The notes below the pieces were generated by a model. That model was given only the letters and a program-made list of their open reading frames with translations. It did no database searches and had not been told where the DNA came from. Positions 54,849 through 64,000 of a stretch of 64,000 bases of DNA are shown here, one piece after another. Made by a program: the position numbers and the translations under genes. Numbering within the stretch: position 1 is the first letter of the stretch; each line of letters begins with the position of its first letter. The stretch is from Amoebidium appalachense (taxonomy: Eukaryota; Protista; Ichthyosporea): contig CAVNZM010000013.1 of assembly GCA_963693365.1 (NCBI GenBank), positions 1,265,817 to 1,329,816 of the forward strand, written 5' to 3'.

Positions 54849-56257
54849 AAGACTTCAAATGCATGCATGCATGTGTGTGTGTGTGTGTGTTTGTGTGGTC
54901 GTCTGTTGGTTTGAGTGTACATGTGTGTCCACAGCCAAAACTGAGGGAAGAAGGGAAATTTTTTTAAATAGTAGACGAGAGAGAGGGAGACCTAGAGACG
55001 GAAAGGAGAGGGGAAGAAGGAGAGGAAAAGAGGATATGGAGTCGGAGGGGAGGGAGAGGGAGAGAAAGACGGAGATCTACAGAGAGAGACCGGGGGGGAG
55101 GGGGGGGGGGGGGGGGGAAAGAGAGGGGGGGGGGGGGGGGGGGAGGGGGGGGAGGAGAAGGAAGAGGGAGAAAGCAAGAGGGAGAGGGAGGGGGGAGGGG
55201 GGAGTGTGTGTGTGTGTGTGTGTGTGTCTGTATGTGGGCCTCGGTGCGTAGATGTGTGTTCTTTGCATGCACGAGCGTCGAGGGGAGGGGGGTGGGGGTG
55301 GGGGGGGATTCGAGTTAGAAACTCAGTCAAGTTAGAAACCCAGTAAGTAAGAAACCCAGGGGTCAAGAGTCTCCCTTGTGTTTTTTATATGGGTTGATTC
55401 ATGGGGAAATGTGTTCCCACACAATATCAGTTTAAGTTCATGGTATAGTCCAATAGTTGTAGTTCTTTTTACAAAAACCAGCAGCAATCACATACATTTT
55501 CTCCCCCCCCCCCCCCCTCCCCCCCCCCCCCCCCCCCCTCCTCCCTGGAGTCATTTCAGAATTAATGCCACACCTAACCAATCACCCTTCAGGAGTGTTC
55601 CTGCTCTGCTACACTAAGCATACACTATATCATGTACCACCCTGCTAAGTTACTTCACACCATGTAACAAACAAGAATTGCAAATATGAGCGTTCAGTAT
55701 ATAAATAATATATAATAGCTTCTACGTCGGCATTCCGCATCTTGACGACATTCTCACGCCAGTGTTACGTCACATTGACGTCAGGGTATATAATTGGCCT
55801 TGCCTATATATAGTTAACCCCCCTCCCCCCACCCCCCTCTTCTTCCCCCCCCCCCCCCCCCCCCCCCCTTGTCCCCCCTTAAGGGTAACTGAGCTATATA
55901 AGGGATCCTCGAGGAAACATCCAATCCCAGAAAACCCCAGATGTTAAGGTGTATGTATGCAATAGCATAGTGAGACACTGAAACACTACGGTATCAAAGC
56001 CAAAATTACCCAATTCAAACAATTAACAAAACAAACACCCTAATAATTACTTACAACCAACGACCCAACGTAATAATATTGGCCACCAATTCGCCAATCA
56101 TTGGCCCAGGTTCGATTAGATTATTACCATACATGGTACTACCGTGACAGCAGGCTTGATAGATCCGACTACCCCGATTAGCGCGTCGCGACCGCCGATC
56201 CACCACATACACACATGGGGGTGCCGGCGTGAGATCCGATTAGTCCGATCGGTCCGA

Positions 56258-63587
<7,330 letters not shown>

Positions 63588-63777
63588 CTGCGATTTTATT
63601 TGATTGGTTAAAGAATGGGGGGTCAGAGGTGGATAGGGAGATAAGTCGTTTAAAAAAAAAAAAAAAAGGATAGGAAATGAGTCTGGGACACAATTTGGTT
63701 CATAAGCGCCACAAACGTGCACACACCAGAATTGCAAACCCTGAAACCCCCTCTCCCCCCCCCCCCCCCTCCAACAC

Positions 63778-63872
<95 letters not shown>

Positions 63873-64000
63873 AAACGTGTATTGCATGCGTCGTATGTTC
63901 GACACTTCCCCAAATTCAATCAAATCCGAAATGCATGATCAAAAAGTTCCGGGTATATAGCTATCCCACCTACCTCAAGCCGTCCATTTTACCGATTTTT

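Overview
Eukaryotic, intron-rich genomic DNA with canonical GT-AG introns and the standard genetic code. The gene content looks opisthokont-like, but the organism cannot be named from this window. Introns are saturated with poly-C/poly-G tracts and (CA)n/(TG)n microsatellites, so almost all of the supplied ORF track is artefact. I assembled seven genes by hand with phase-consistent exons: DONSON (+, 5' end outside the window); an orphan two-TM protein with a C-terminal CxxC-CxxC knuckle (-); an orphan multi-pass membrane protein (+); a ~19 kb KCNQ/Kv7-like K+ channel (-); an Mme1-like mitochondrial carrier (-), head-to-head with an intronless Alr1/Mnr2-type CorA transporter (+) that has SWN instead of GMN; and the 3' half of MSH6 (-). 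The strongest novel signal is a dispersed non-coding repeat of ~430 bp, with about 15 copies or fragments (three ~99% identical). It ends in poly-C rather than poly-A and is almost always co-oriented with its host gene. It carries all three hammerhead-ribozyme core segments (GUU, GAAA, CUGAnGA) with covarying stems, but in a non-circular, pseudoknotted order that matches none of types I/II/III. A second pattern is four tandem duplications that straddle exon-intron junctions, all at AG|GT junctions; one of them looks like intron gain in progress. Everything was derived by eye, with no database searches or folding programs.
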